Shown here piece after piece: positions 17,678-25,676 of a stretch of DNA of 38,927 bases. How positions within the stretch are numbered: the stretch's first letter is position 1; each line of letters begins with the position of its first letter. The notes below the pieces were generated by a model that searched no databases, was not told the origin of the DNA, and saw nothing but the letters and a program-made list of their open reading frames with translations. The translations under genes were made by a program, and so were the position numbers. The stretch lies in NCBI GenBank assembly GCA_001778785.1, contig MFIE01000007.1:27066-65992 (forward strand), in the 5' to 3' direction. The stretch comes from Candidatus Giovannonibacteria bacterium RIFCSPLOWO2_01_FULL_46_13 (GTDB lineage: Bacteria; Patescibacteriota; Minisyncoccia; JACPKW01; UBA11713).

Positions 17678-18961
17678 ATGGCTTCGTTTGATAATATAAG
17701 ACGATCAAAATCATTTGTGCGCGGGTCGGAGATTATGGCAGACCGCCCGATGCGCCGGCCAAAACGTTTTACTTTAAAGCGCCTCATTTTAATTTTGATA
17801 ATTTTAGGCGGGATTGGCTGGGGCGGGCACTACGCCATCTCAACAATAAAAGCCAATACGGAATTTTCGGTTGAGCTTGAACCGGGGCTCGACCGCGCGG
17901 GCATCGCGGAAAAAATCGGCGAAGAACTAGGCTGGAGTAAAAAAGAAAAACAAGTTTTTGCAGGAACGCACGCGCAGATACAATGGATGGCTTTTAGCGA
18001 AGAAGCCCTTCAAAGTTTTATGGAAAGGTTCAGGTGGGGCGATCTCGAAAAAGAATCGTTCTTGGTACAGGCCACAAAATACATCGAGCCGGAATATGAT
18101 TTTTTGGCACTGCTCTACGCTCCAGGGACTTACGTCATAAAAGGCGACCAATCTATGGCGGAGATCGCCGATATGCTCGTTTCTAAAACAGAATTTTCCG
18201 AAACGGGGCTGAAAGAAGAAGCAGTTTTGAAGACTGTCGAGCTTGTCCGCAGGGACGTTGAGCTTCTTCCGGATTTGGTACCGCTCCCGGCCAAAGATGT
18301 ACGGATCGACCGCAGGGGGTCGGACACGCTCCTATCTTTCTCGACGACTTACTATAACCAAGGCAAGGGCCCGCTGGAATTGATCGCTGATCCCGCAACC
18401 AAGGGGATCAGGAGCGATATCGCCCGTGATGTTTTGCAGAGGATTTACCGCGTTGACGGCGGACATCGCGATCGCGTCGCTGGGAATTTCCTTTGGCACC
18501 AAGAACACCTGCATTATCATTTCGCCGATTTCGTAATTTACGACTTGGAGGCGGTGGATGTAAAAAACCCTCCGGATTTGTCTGGCGTGCGGACGAAATC
18601 CACTTTCTGCATCCGCGACGTAAGTTTGGTAGATAAAAATTTTTCAATTGAAAATCGGGTTGAAAAAGCCAAGTACTTAATCTGCGGAAAAGAGTTGCAG
18701 GGAATCTCCGTCGGCTGGGGCGACACTTATTTTTATAATTACGTTGACCAGAACCTAAACATAACCGACCTGCCTTCCGGTACTTACCGCCTTTCATTTA
18801 TCGCGAACCCTTCGCAGAAATTCGAGGAATCAAGTTACGACAACAATAAATCTTCCGTGCTTTTCGAACTCGACATGCAGAATTTCAAGGTAAAAATTTT
18901 GGAGGAGACGCCGAAAGATTTGCCGGCGGTCGAACATATTTACGAAGAGCAAGTTTTCTAA
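17678..18961 (+). CDS. membrane-anchored lysyl-oxidase-like (LOX family) copper amine oxidase domain protein
   Basis: N-terminal TM LILILIILGGIGWGG. The C-terminal about 170 aa align by eye to the animal LOX catalytic domain: WHQEHLHYHFADF (HxHxH, 18506-18520), TKSTFCIRDV (Lys 18596-18598), GWGDTYFYNYVDQNLNITDLPSGTYRLSFIANPSQKFEESSYDNN (DTY Tyr 18728-18730). Confidence 0.7.
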   Translation: MASFDNIRRSKSFVRGSEIMADRPMRRPKRFTLKRLILILIILGGIGWGGHYAISTIKANTEFSVELEPGLDRAGIAEKIGEELGWSKKEKQVFAGTHAQIQWMAFSEEALQSFMERFRWGDLEKESFLVQATKYIEPEYDFLALLYAPGTYVIKGDQSMAEIADMLVSKTEFSETGLKEEAVLKTVELVRRDVELLPDLVPLPAKDVRIDRRGSDTLLSFSTTYYNQGKGPLELIADPATKGIRSDIARDVLQRIYRVDGGHRDRVAGNFLWHQEHLHYHFADFVIYDLEAVDVKNPPDLSGVRTKSTFCIRDVSLVDKNFSIENRVEKAKYLICGKELQGISVGWGDTYFYNYVDQNLNITDLPSGTYRLSFIANPSQKFEESSYDNNKSSVLFELDMQNFKVKILEETPKDLPAVEHIYEEQVF

Positions 18962-20089
18962 ATGAAAAAATCAATTTCCATATTGGTAATTTTAATTTTG
19001 ACCGCGGCGGCTTTTTGGTATCTGCAAAACGAGGCGATCGCCCCGAACGGGCCAAACGACGGGAATAACGGAAACCAAAACGGGGAAGAAATCCCTGATG
19101 TAGAAGTTGTTTTGGATGGTTTAGAAATTCCTTGGGATATTGCTTGGTTTCCTTCCGGGGAAATACTTGTTGCCGAACGGCCTGGCCGACTTTTGCTGGT
19201 AGATAAAAATAAAGAAAGGAAAGAAATAACCGTCGAGGGCGTTAAGCATTCCGGCGAGGGCGGGCTTCTCGGGATTAAGCTCCACCCCAATTTTTCAGAA
19301 AATAAATTTATCTATTTATATATTTCTTCAGGATATAACGCGAACCAAACCAGGAACCGCGTTGAAAGATATCGCTTGGAAAACAACGCATTGTCCGATA
19401 AAAAAATAATTATAGAAAATATTCCCGGGGCAATTTATCATGACGGCGGGCGCATGGAGTTTGGCCCAGATGGGCTCCTTTATATAACGACGGGGGACGC
19501 GACCAACGACAAGATCGCACAGGATAAAAATTCTCTCGGCGGAAAAATTTTGCGCCTGCAGGACGACGGGTCGATACCCCCTGAAAATCCTTTTAACTCG
19601 GCCATCTGGAGCTATGGGCATAGAAACCCGCAGGGGATCGCTTGGGACGACGCTGGACGCCTTTGGGAGACCGAGCACGGCCCCTCGGCGCTTATTTGGC
19701 CGAACTGCTGCCAGGACGAGATAAACCTAATCGAAGTAGGAAAAAATTACGGCTGGCCCGCGAGCGTTGGAGATAAAGTTGAGGCAGGCACGGTTGCGCC
19801 CGTGTTGCATTCCGGAAGAAATGTTTGGGCGCCAGCGAGTCTGGTATATCTTAAAGGAAGTTTATTTTTCGGGGGATTGAAGGGCGAGGCTTTGTACGAA
19901 GCGGTTTTGGACGGCGAAAATATAAAAGAATTTAAAACCCATTTCAAAAATGAATTTGGCAGGATCCGGACCGTTCGCGTCGGCCCGGACAAAATGCTCT
20001 ATCTCGCGACCTCGAACCGCGACGGCCGCGGCAATCCCGAAGAGGAAGACGACAGAATAATTCGTATCAATCCGTCTAGCTTAAAATAG
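18962..20089 (+). CDS. PQQ-dependent soluble sugar (aldose/sorbosone) dehydrogenase family beta-propeller, N-terminally anchored
   Basis: Signal anchor MKKSISILVILILTAAAFWY. Family pattern LEIPWDIAWFPSGEILVAERPGRLLLV, GLLGIKLHPNF, HDGGRMEFGPDGLLYITTGD, GGKILRL..DGSIPPENPF, YGHRNPQGIAWD, NYGWP. Confidence 0.8.
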   Translation: MKKSISILVILILTAAAFWYLQNEAIAPNGPNDGNNGNQNGEEIPDVEVVLDGLEIPWDIAWFPSGEILVAERPGRLLLVDKNKERKEITVEGVKHSGEGGLLGIKLHPNFSENKFIYLYISSGYNANQTRNRVERYRLENNALSDKKIIIENIPGAIYHDGGRMEFGPDGLLYITTGDATNDKIAQDKNSLGGKILRLQDDGSIPPENPFNSAIWSYGHRNPQGIAWDDAGRLWETEHGPSALIWPNCCQDEINLIEVGKNYGWPASVGDKVEAGTVAPVLHSGRNVWAPASLVYLKGSLFFGGLKGEALYEAVLDGENIKEFKTHFKNEFGRIRTVRVGPDKMLYLATSNRDGRGNPEEEDDRIIRINPSSLK

Positions 20090-20114
20090 AAATTTATTCT
20101 AAAATGCTCCAATT

Positions 20115-20189
20115 GCCGACCTAGCTCAACGGTAGAGCAACGGTATCGTAAACCGTAGGTTCCGGGTTCAAATCCCGGGGTCGGCTCCA
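20115..20189 (+). tRNA. tRNA-Thr (anticonon CGT), CCA encoded
   Basis: Acceptor gccgacc/ggtcggc, anticodon arm acggt-at-CGT-aa-accgt, T-arm ccggg-ttcaaat-cccgg, discriminator T, CCA at 20187-20189. Confidence 0.92.
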
Positions 20190-20242
20190 GAACACACGGT
20201 TCCCTGCCCGCAATGCAAAGCATAGCTTTGGCAGGCGGGAAG

Positions 20243-20257
20243 TCCCGGGGTCGGCTC
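20243..20257 (+). repeat. exact 15-nt direct copy of the tRNA-Thr 3' end (tcccggggtcggctc)
   Basis: Identical to 20173-20187 (T-arm 3' half plus acceptor 3' strand), offset by 70 nt. No complementary 5' acceptor strand is present, so this is not a second tRNA. Confidence 0.85.
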
Positions 20258-20265
20258 AAGCGTGT

Positions 20266-20271
20266 TATAAT
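20266..20271 (+). promoter_or_regulatory. -10 box placed for a leaderless prfB mRNA
   Basis: TATAAT at 20266-20271, 6 nt (aaagcc), then ATG at 20278. No SD. Confidence 0.45.
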
Positions 20272-20277
20272 AAAGCC

Positions 20278-21346
20278 ATGGAATTACCGAAAGAGAAAAT
20301 TGAAGAACTGGAAGGCGAGGTCCGCGCCGTAGCGGACCGTCTTTGACTTAGCTCGAAAAAAAGAAGAATTAATTAAACTCGAATCCGAAACTACCAATCC
20401 CAACTTTTGGGATAATTCAAAGCGCGCGGGAGAAATAACCCAGAAAATTTCAGAACTAAAGGGTTTTATTTCTATTTGGGAAAATCTAACCTCTGACGTA
20501 GGCAGCCTGAAGGAATTGGCGGAAATTGGAACGGGAGAAGGGCTCGAAGAAGAATTTTCCAGGATCTCGAATAATTTTGAAAAAAATAAAAAAGAAGCTT
20601 TTCTTTCCGGGCCATACGATAGGGAGGACGCTGTTTTGACGGTTATTGCGGGCGCGGGCGGGGACGACGCGGAAGATTGGGCGAGAATACTTTTGGAAAT
20701 GTACCAAAAATATTCTGGGCGGCAAAAGTGGGGAGTCAAAACAATTCACACGCACTTCAATGAATTGAATGGGATAAAAAACGCCACGATAGAAATTCAG
20801 GGGAAACATGCTTACGGATATTTAAAAAATGAAACCGGCGTGCATCGCTTGGTGAGGATTTCCCATTTTGATGCCAACAAACGCAGGCACACTTCGTTCG
20901 CTTTGGTGCAGGTGATGCCGAAATTCGTGGATCCTGGCGAAGTTGAAATTAAAGATGAAGATTTGGACGTAAGTTTTGCAAAAGCGGGCGGACCGGGAGG
21001 GCAAAATGTTAACAAGCGCGAGACGGCGGTGCGCGTTACACATAGGCCGACCGGAATTGCCGTGCACGTTTCTTCCGAACGCTCCCAGGAGCAGAACCGC
21101 AAGAAGGCCCTCGAACTTTTGCGGGGACATTTATATACTCTCCGTGTCAAAAGCCAGAAAGAAGAAAAAGAATCTTTGCAGAAAACAAAAGCTCTCGATA
21201 TCGAATGGGGGCACCAAATTCGCTCGTATGTACTTCACCCTTATAAACTGGTGAAAGACAGCCGCACCAGCGAAGAATCTGGGGATATTGAAGGAATTTT
21301 TGAAGGAAAGCTTGATTCATTCATCGAAAGCGAGCTAACATTGTAG
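20278..21346 (+). CDS. prfB: peptide chain release factor 2, expressed via programmed +1 frameshift (20278..20343 joined to 20345..21346)
   Basis: Frame 0 reads MELPKEKIEELEGEVRAVADRL, then CTT TGA C (20341-20347), the classical RF2 shift site. The +1 frame continues DLARKKEELIKLESETTNPNFWDN... without stops into track ORF 20516..21346. GGQ loop GGPGGQNVNKRETAVRVTH. RRHTSFA is preceded by SHF in place of SPF. Confidence 0.92.
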
Positions 21347-21353
21347 TATTCGC

Positions 21354-22034
21354 ATGATTTATTTTGACAGGGTTTCCAAAGTATATTCTCAAACATCAGT
21401 TGCGCTAGAAGACGTATCTTTCACTATCGAACCGCAAGAATTTGTTTCGGTGGTGGGGCAGTCCGGCGCGGGCAAATCGACGCTTTTGAAACTCTTGCTT
21501 GCGGAAGAAAGTCCGAGTTCCGGAAAAGTTTTTTTTGAATCTCTCGACATGCACAAAGTCAGGAACGCGGACTTGCCGAAAGTCCGAAGAAGGATGGGTG
21601 TCGTATTCCAGGATTACAAACTCCTGCCGACGAAAACCGCTTACGAAAATATTGCTTTCGCGATGGAGGCGGCCGGAAAAGGAGAAGAAGAAATCCAGCA
21701 GGATGTCCCGCAAGTTTTGGAGCTCGTCGGGTTGATGGATAAGGCTTGGCACTTTCCGTCGGAATTGTCCGGAGGGGAATTGCAAAGGGTTGCGATAGCA
21801 CGCGCCATCGTGAACAGGCCAGACGTCATAATCGCGGACGAGCCCACGGGAAACCTCGACCCGATAAATACTTGGGAGATCATAAACTTACTGGAAAAAA
21901 TTAACGAACTCGGCACGACTGTAATTTTAGCTACGCACGACAAAGACGTCATAAACTCTCTTAAGAGAAGAGTTATTACAATCGAAAAAGGAAAGATTAC
22001 CAGGGATGAAAAGCGCGGAAGGTACGTACTATAA
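21354..22034 (+). CDS. ftsE: cell division ABC ATPase FtsE
   Basis: Walker A GQSGAGKST, signature LSGGELQR, Walker B VIIADEPT. Followed by ftsX. Confidence 0.93.
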   Translation: MIYFDRVSKVYSQTSVALEDVSFTIEPQEFVSVVGQSGAGKSTLLKLLLAEESPSSGKVFFESLDMHKVRNADLPKVRRRMGVVFQDYKLLPTKTAYENIAFAMEAAGKGEEEIQQDVPQVLELVGLMDKAWHFPSELSGGELQRVAIARAIVNRPDVIIADEPTGNLDPINTWEIINLLEKINELGTTVILATHDKDVINSLKRRVITIEKGKITRDEKRGRYVL

Positions 22035-22042
22035 ATTTAAAA

Positions 22043-23002
22043 ATGTCACTTATACAAGTCAAAAGAACAATAAGGCAGGGCTTCATAAATTTTTGGCGCA
22101 ACGGTTGGGTTTCGGTGGCGACAGTATTGATAATGGTGTTAACGCTTTTTATGGTAGGAACGCTCTTTTTTTCCAACGTTGTGCTCACTTCGGCCCTACA
22201 GCAGGTTGAATCCAAGCTCGATGTGAGCGTTGACTTCAAGCTCGACGCGCCGGAGGAAGATATCCTGGCGCTTAAAACTTCATTGGAATCTTTTGGCGAA
22301 GTTGGGAAGGTTGAATATATTTCCAGGGACGAAGCGCTGGAACGCTTCCGCGAAAGGTATAAAGATAACGCTTTGATAACGCAGTCTCTGGATGAAATAG
22401 GGACGAACCCTTTGCCGGCTAGTTTTAATATAAAAGCCAAAGATCCGGAGAATTACGGGACCATCAGCAGTTTTTTAAAAAATGATTCTTCGTTCCAAAT
22501 TATAGATGAGATTCGGGAGAACCAGCCGACAATTGATGCGATCAACTCTATGATTTCTTCCGCACGGACTTCAGGGCTTACTTCTACGATCGTTTTGAGT
22601 ATTATTGCTGTACTGGTTGCGTTTAACACGATTCGTCTTGCGATATATACATCGCGCGATGAGATTTCGATTATGCGCCTTGTCGGCGCCTCTCATTCCT
22701 ATATTCGCGCGCCATTCGTTGTTGTCGGGATCATTCAAGGATTTCTCGCTTCAATTGCTGCGATGGTAATTTTGTGGCTGCCGCTGTGGTTTAACCATGA
22801 CAATGTTTTGCTTTCGTTTGTGCCGATTTTCCCATTTGCCAATGGGTCGAGCGCATCGGAATCATTAGGCGGACCCAATTTGCTTAACTATTATTTTTCT
22901 AACTTCATATTTATTTTTCTTCTCCTGCTAGCGTCTGGAATTATTTTGGGATCGATCTCGAGTATCATCGCAACTAGGAGATATCTAAAAGAGCACAAGT
23001 AA
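22043..23002 (+). CDS. ftsX: cell division permease-like FtsX
   Basis: N-terminus IRQGFINFWRNGWVSVATV, a periplasmic domain, and a C-terminal 3-TM FtsX domain (IRLAIYTSRDEISIMRLVGAS). Confidence 0.85.
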   Translation: MSLIQVKRTIRQGFINFWRNGWVSVATVLIMVLTLFMVGTLFFSNVVLTSALQQVESKLDVSVDFKLDAPEEDILALKTSLESFGEVGKVEYISRDEALERFRERYKDNALITQSLDEIGTNPLPASFNIKAKDPENYGTISSFLKNDSSFQIIDEIRENQPTIDAINSMISSARTSGLTSTIVLSIIAVLVAFNTIRLAIYTSRDEISIMRLVGASHSYIRAPFVVVGIIQGFLASIAAMVILWLPLWFNHDNVLLSFVPIFPFANGSSASESLGGPNLLNYYFSNFIFIFLLLLASGIILGSISSIIATRRYLKEHK

Positions 23003-23008
23003 GTAAAA

Positions 23009-23036
23009 CAAAAACCCCCGATACCGGGGGTTTTTG
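23009..23036. terminator. bidirectional intrinsic terminator between convergent ftsX and the RRM gene
   Basis: aaaaa-cccccg (23015-23020)-atac-cggggg (23025-23030)-ttttt. Confidence 0.7.
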
Positions 23037-23051
23037 TTTATGAATCACGGT

Positions 23052-23375
23052 TTAGTTTCGGTCTCGCCTGTCGAATCCTCGGCCTCCTCGATCTCCTCCT
23101 CCACTGCGAAATTTGTTTTCGCGAGGCTGAAGCGGGCGAGCTTCGTTTACAACGATGGTCCGTCCATCCAAGTTCTGTCCATTCAGCTTTTCTGTAGCTG
23201 CCTGAGCTTCTTCATCTGTCGACATTTCGACGAATCCGAATCCCTTGGATTTTCCGGTGAATTTGTCGGTGATTACATTTGCTGAAACCACGGTGCCAGC
23301 GGCCGCGAAAAACTCGCGAAGCTTGTCATCCGTTGTTGCCCATGCCAATCCTCCGACGAACAATTTGGTTGCCAT
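23052..23375 (-). CDS. RRM-type RNA-binding protein with RGG tail
   Basis: RNP-2 LFVGGL, RNP-1 KGFGFVEM, and C-terminal SGGGDRGGRGFDRRDRN. Confidence 0.9.
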   Translation of the reverse strand: MATKLFVGGLAWATTDDKLREFFAAAGTVVSANVITDKFTGKSKGFGFVEMSTDEEAQAATEKLNGQNLDGRTIVVNEARPLQPRENKFRSGGGDRGGRGFDRRDRN

Positions 23376-23464
23376 TTATTATTAACGGTAACGAATAAAT
23401 AATAATTACTTGACTAGAGATAATTATCTACTGCCACTATATCACAACCCTATTTTATTTCAAG

Positions 23465-24418
23465 CTAAACTTCTATCCCAAAAAATGTTTTCGCGGTAGT
23501 CGCAAGCCCGTAGGTTATGCTTACCGCGAGCGCGATTATGATCAAGTTCGTCGTAATCCTTTTCTTGGTGTCCATTCCGGAGAGGAAGGCCACGATGTAC
23601 GAGACCGCGATTATCGTGATCGCCGCGACTACGATAGAAATTAAGGCGTTTTGGGCGCCGAAAATCACAGGCAAAACGGGAATGAGCGCACCAACGAAGT
23701 ACGATACGCCGACCAATAAGGCAGAGGCAAACTGGCTCCCGCTTTCAAGGTCGTCCACTGGCTCGCCTAAGAACTTTCTTTTTCCAATTTCCGTATTTTC
23801 AACCTCGCGTTGGGAATTCTGGGCCGCGAAAGCGGAAGCGGCCATCGAAATCGATCCGGCTACCGCAACGGTAATGGCGGCGATCAAAACGGAACTTGTA
23901 TTGGCGAAGGCGGCAAAAAACCCAGATACCGCCCCAAGTATTTCAACAAGCCCGTCGTTAAACCCAAGAAAAATATCGCGCACGCGCTCCGGATAGATTT
24001 TTGTCCGCTCGGACGCGGTTACGATATCGTCTTCGTGCTTAAACTCGTCCATCAGGATCCCTTTGACGTGCTGGCCTATCTCGTCTTCCTTATATAAGTT
24101 CCAAACAGTTAGGTATTTCTTTATGCCGTGCACCTCGATAGCCTGCAGGATCATATGGATTCCGGTCCTGCCAAAAACTTTGGCTATCAAAACGAGAACC
24201 CACAATTTAATTTTCCTTCCAGGGTCGAGTCTTGCTTTGGGAATCTTGAAGAAATTCTGCCAGAGGCCAAGATGCCTTGTTTCAATAGGGACGAGCTTAT
24301 TTAATATCTCTTTCTCTTCTGGCCCGGCTATGTCCAAAAGCCGCTTGTATAGTGTTAAGTCAAAAAGCTCGTCCAATACGAGGGCCTTCCCCAAATTCTT
24401 GTTGTTCTCCGGTCTCAT
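23465..24418 (-). CDS. VIT1/CCC1-family Fe/Mn transporter with N-terminal ferritin-like domain
   Basis: N-terminal ferritin-like ExxH pairs (PIETRHLGLW, MDEFKHEDD). VIT signature FLGFNDGLVEILGAVSG and C-terminal TM helices. Confidence 0.8.
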   Translation of the reverse strand: MRPENNKNLGKALVLDELFDLTLYKRLLDIAGPEEKEILNKLVPIETRHLGLWQNFFKIPKARLDPGRKIKLWVLVLIAKVFGRTGIHMILQAIEVHGIKKYLTVWNLYKEDEIGQHVKGILMDEFKHEDDIVTASERTKIYPERVRDIFLGFNDGLVEILGAVSGFFAAFANTSSVLIAAITVAVAGSISMAASAFAAQNSQREVENTEIGKRKFLGEPVDDLESGSQFASALLVGVSYFVGALIPVLPVIFGAQNALISIVVAAITIIAVSYIVAFLSGMDTKKRITTNLIIIALAVSITYGLATTAKTFFGIEV

Positions 24419-24933
24419 TGCATCATCGCCCCGCCCATCTCCATGAACTTGATTCCGCTCGGAAGGCTGAACACCGATGAATCAACGGACCACGGGTCGC
24501 AATCCCATTCGATTTCCTGGTTTACGTTCACACCGCTATTTCCACCGTCGCCCGCCGTATCTGCATTTGCCGCCATTTTAAACCCTTGGTCCATCGAATC
24601 CGTCCAAACGTAAATATTGCTTTGGTCCGTAATCATGTGGCTTTTCATGCTCTGGCCCCCGGAAACCGAAGTGAAGTCTCCGCGCATTTTTCCTTCGCCT
24701 ACATATATTGTGCCTTCGCTGAATGAATTTTCTACAGCGGTTTTAACCGTGCACTTTTGGCTGCCTCCTTGGGCCATAAGGTTTTTTATGGAGCTTTTTG
24801 TTGACATCTTTTGAGTATCTTGATTATTCGTCTCCTGCGATGTATTTGGGGATTCCTCTCCTTTGCCGAGCATGAAATATGCCCCGGCCACAATAACTGC
24901 TACCGCTATAACTATCCAAATTATTTTATTCAT
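24415..24933 (-). CDS. hypothetical secreted/anchored protein
   Basis: 172 aa with signal anchor MNKIIWIVIAVAVIVAGAYFML. Its stop overlaps the VIT start in ATGA (24415-24418). No recognisable domain. Confidence 0.6.
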   Translation of the reverse strand: MNKIIWIVIAVAVIVAGAYFMLGKGEESPNTSQETNNQDTQKMSTKSSIKNLMAQGGSQKCTVKTAVENSFSEGTIYVGEGKMRGDFTSVSGGQSMKSHMITDQSNIYVWTDSMDQGFKMAANADTAGDGGNSGVNVNQEIEWDCDPWSVDSSVFSLPSGIKFMEMGGAMMQ

Positions 24934-24976
24934 ATGTTTATTATGACGTTTTTAAATACAATTTTCTACTAATACC

Positions 24977-25399
24977 TCATTTTTTCTTTAAGATTTCCGT
25001 GAATTTTTTGCGCTCGGAGGGGACGAGCGAGGACCACATTTTCTTCTCGTGCTTCAAGACCTCTTTTAAAATGTCGTTTGGCTCGCGGGGGAGGAGGTGG
25101 ATGTGGACGTGGTCAACTTTTACCCCGTCTTGGGACAAAAATGGGCGGTAATTCTGGCGCATGTCGCATCCGGAAGCAAAACGCGAAATTATTTTTTTCT
25201 GGAATTTCACGGCTGTGTCAAAAAGTTCGGCGCGCTCGGCTTTCGTCAGTTCTCCTATTTTCTCGACGTGCCGCTTGGGGATTACCAAAGTATGCCCGGG
25301 CAATAGCCTGGGGTTTGAAAGGATTGCAAAGACTTTTTTACCTTGCGCAAGGATCCTTGCTTCATCGTCTACGTTGCAGAAAGGGCAGTTAATTATCAT
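24977..25399 (-). CDS. HIT-family hydrolase (second copy)
   Basis: CPFC at the N-terminus, HTLVIPKRHV, and histidine triad HVHIHLLPR. Confidence 0.85.
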   Translation of the reverse strand: MIINCPFCNVDDEARILAQGKKVFAILSNPRLLPGHTLVIPKRHVEKIGELTKAERAELFDTAVKFQKKIISRFASGCDMRQNYRPFLSQDGVKVDHVHIHLLPREPNDILKEVLKHEKKMWSSLVPSERKKFTEILKKK

Positions 25400-25424
25400 G
25401 GATTTAGTATACTTTAATTATTGT

Positions 25425-25459
25425 AAAAGGCGCATCTGCTCACGCAGCTGCGCCTTTTT
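25425..25459 (-). terminator. strong hairpin overlapping the stop of the 78-aa gene
   Basis: ggcgca (25429-25434) pairs with tgcgcc (25449-25454), with an inner ctgc/gcag helix. A-run and T-run flank it. The stop codon (25440-25442) lies inside the hairpin. Confidence 0.5.
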
Positions 25460-25676
25460 GTTTCTCCCAGCCAATGATCTGTACACCGGCATGAGAATTT
25501 GAAAAATCTCTCCGCCATTCGTATCCTTCGGGGAAACGAGCCACGCTATATTCCTTGAGCTCGTCAAAGAATTTCCTCCACTCGTCCCTCGTTAGATCCC
25601 TCAGTTGCCTAACGAGTTTTTTGGGTCGGACAAACGCCCCCTCATTCTCTTCTTTTATGATGATCAGGTGTTCCAT
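25440..25676 (-). CDS. hypothetical 78-aa protein
   Basis: Internal ATG (rc of 25674-25676) preceded by a strong SD: AAGGAGGAAATGG-ATG. Product MEHLIIIKEENEGAFVRPKKLVRQLRDLTRDEWRKFFDELKEY.. The longer 118-aa track version would run into the cmk-like promoter and gene. Confidence 0.5.
   Translation of the reverse strand: MEHLIIIKEENEGAFVRPKKLVRQLRDLTRDEWRKFFDELKEYSVARFPEGYEWRRDFSNSHAGVQIIGWEKQKGAAA

Noticed and set aside
23418-23429. 12-bp perfect palindrome AGATAATTATCT in the RRM-gene leader, considered as an operator
   Set aside because: About ten 12-bp palindromes are expected by chance in a window of this size and the region is AT-rich. There is no partner site and no nearby regulator.
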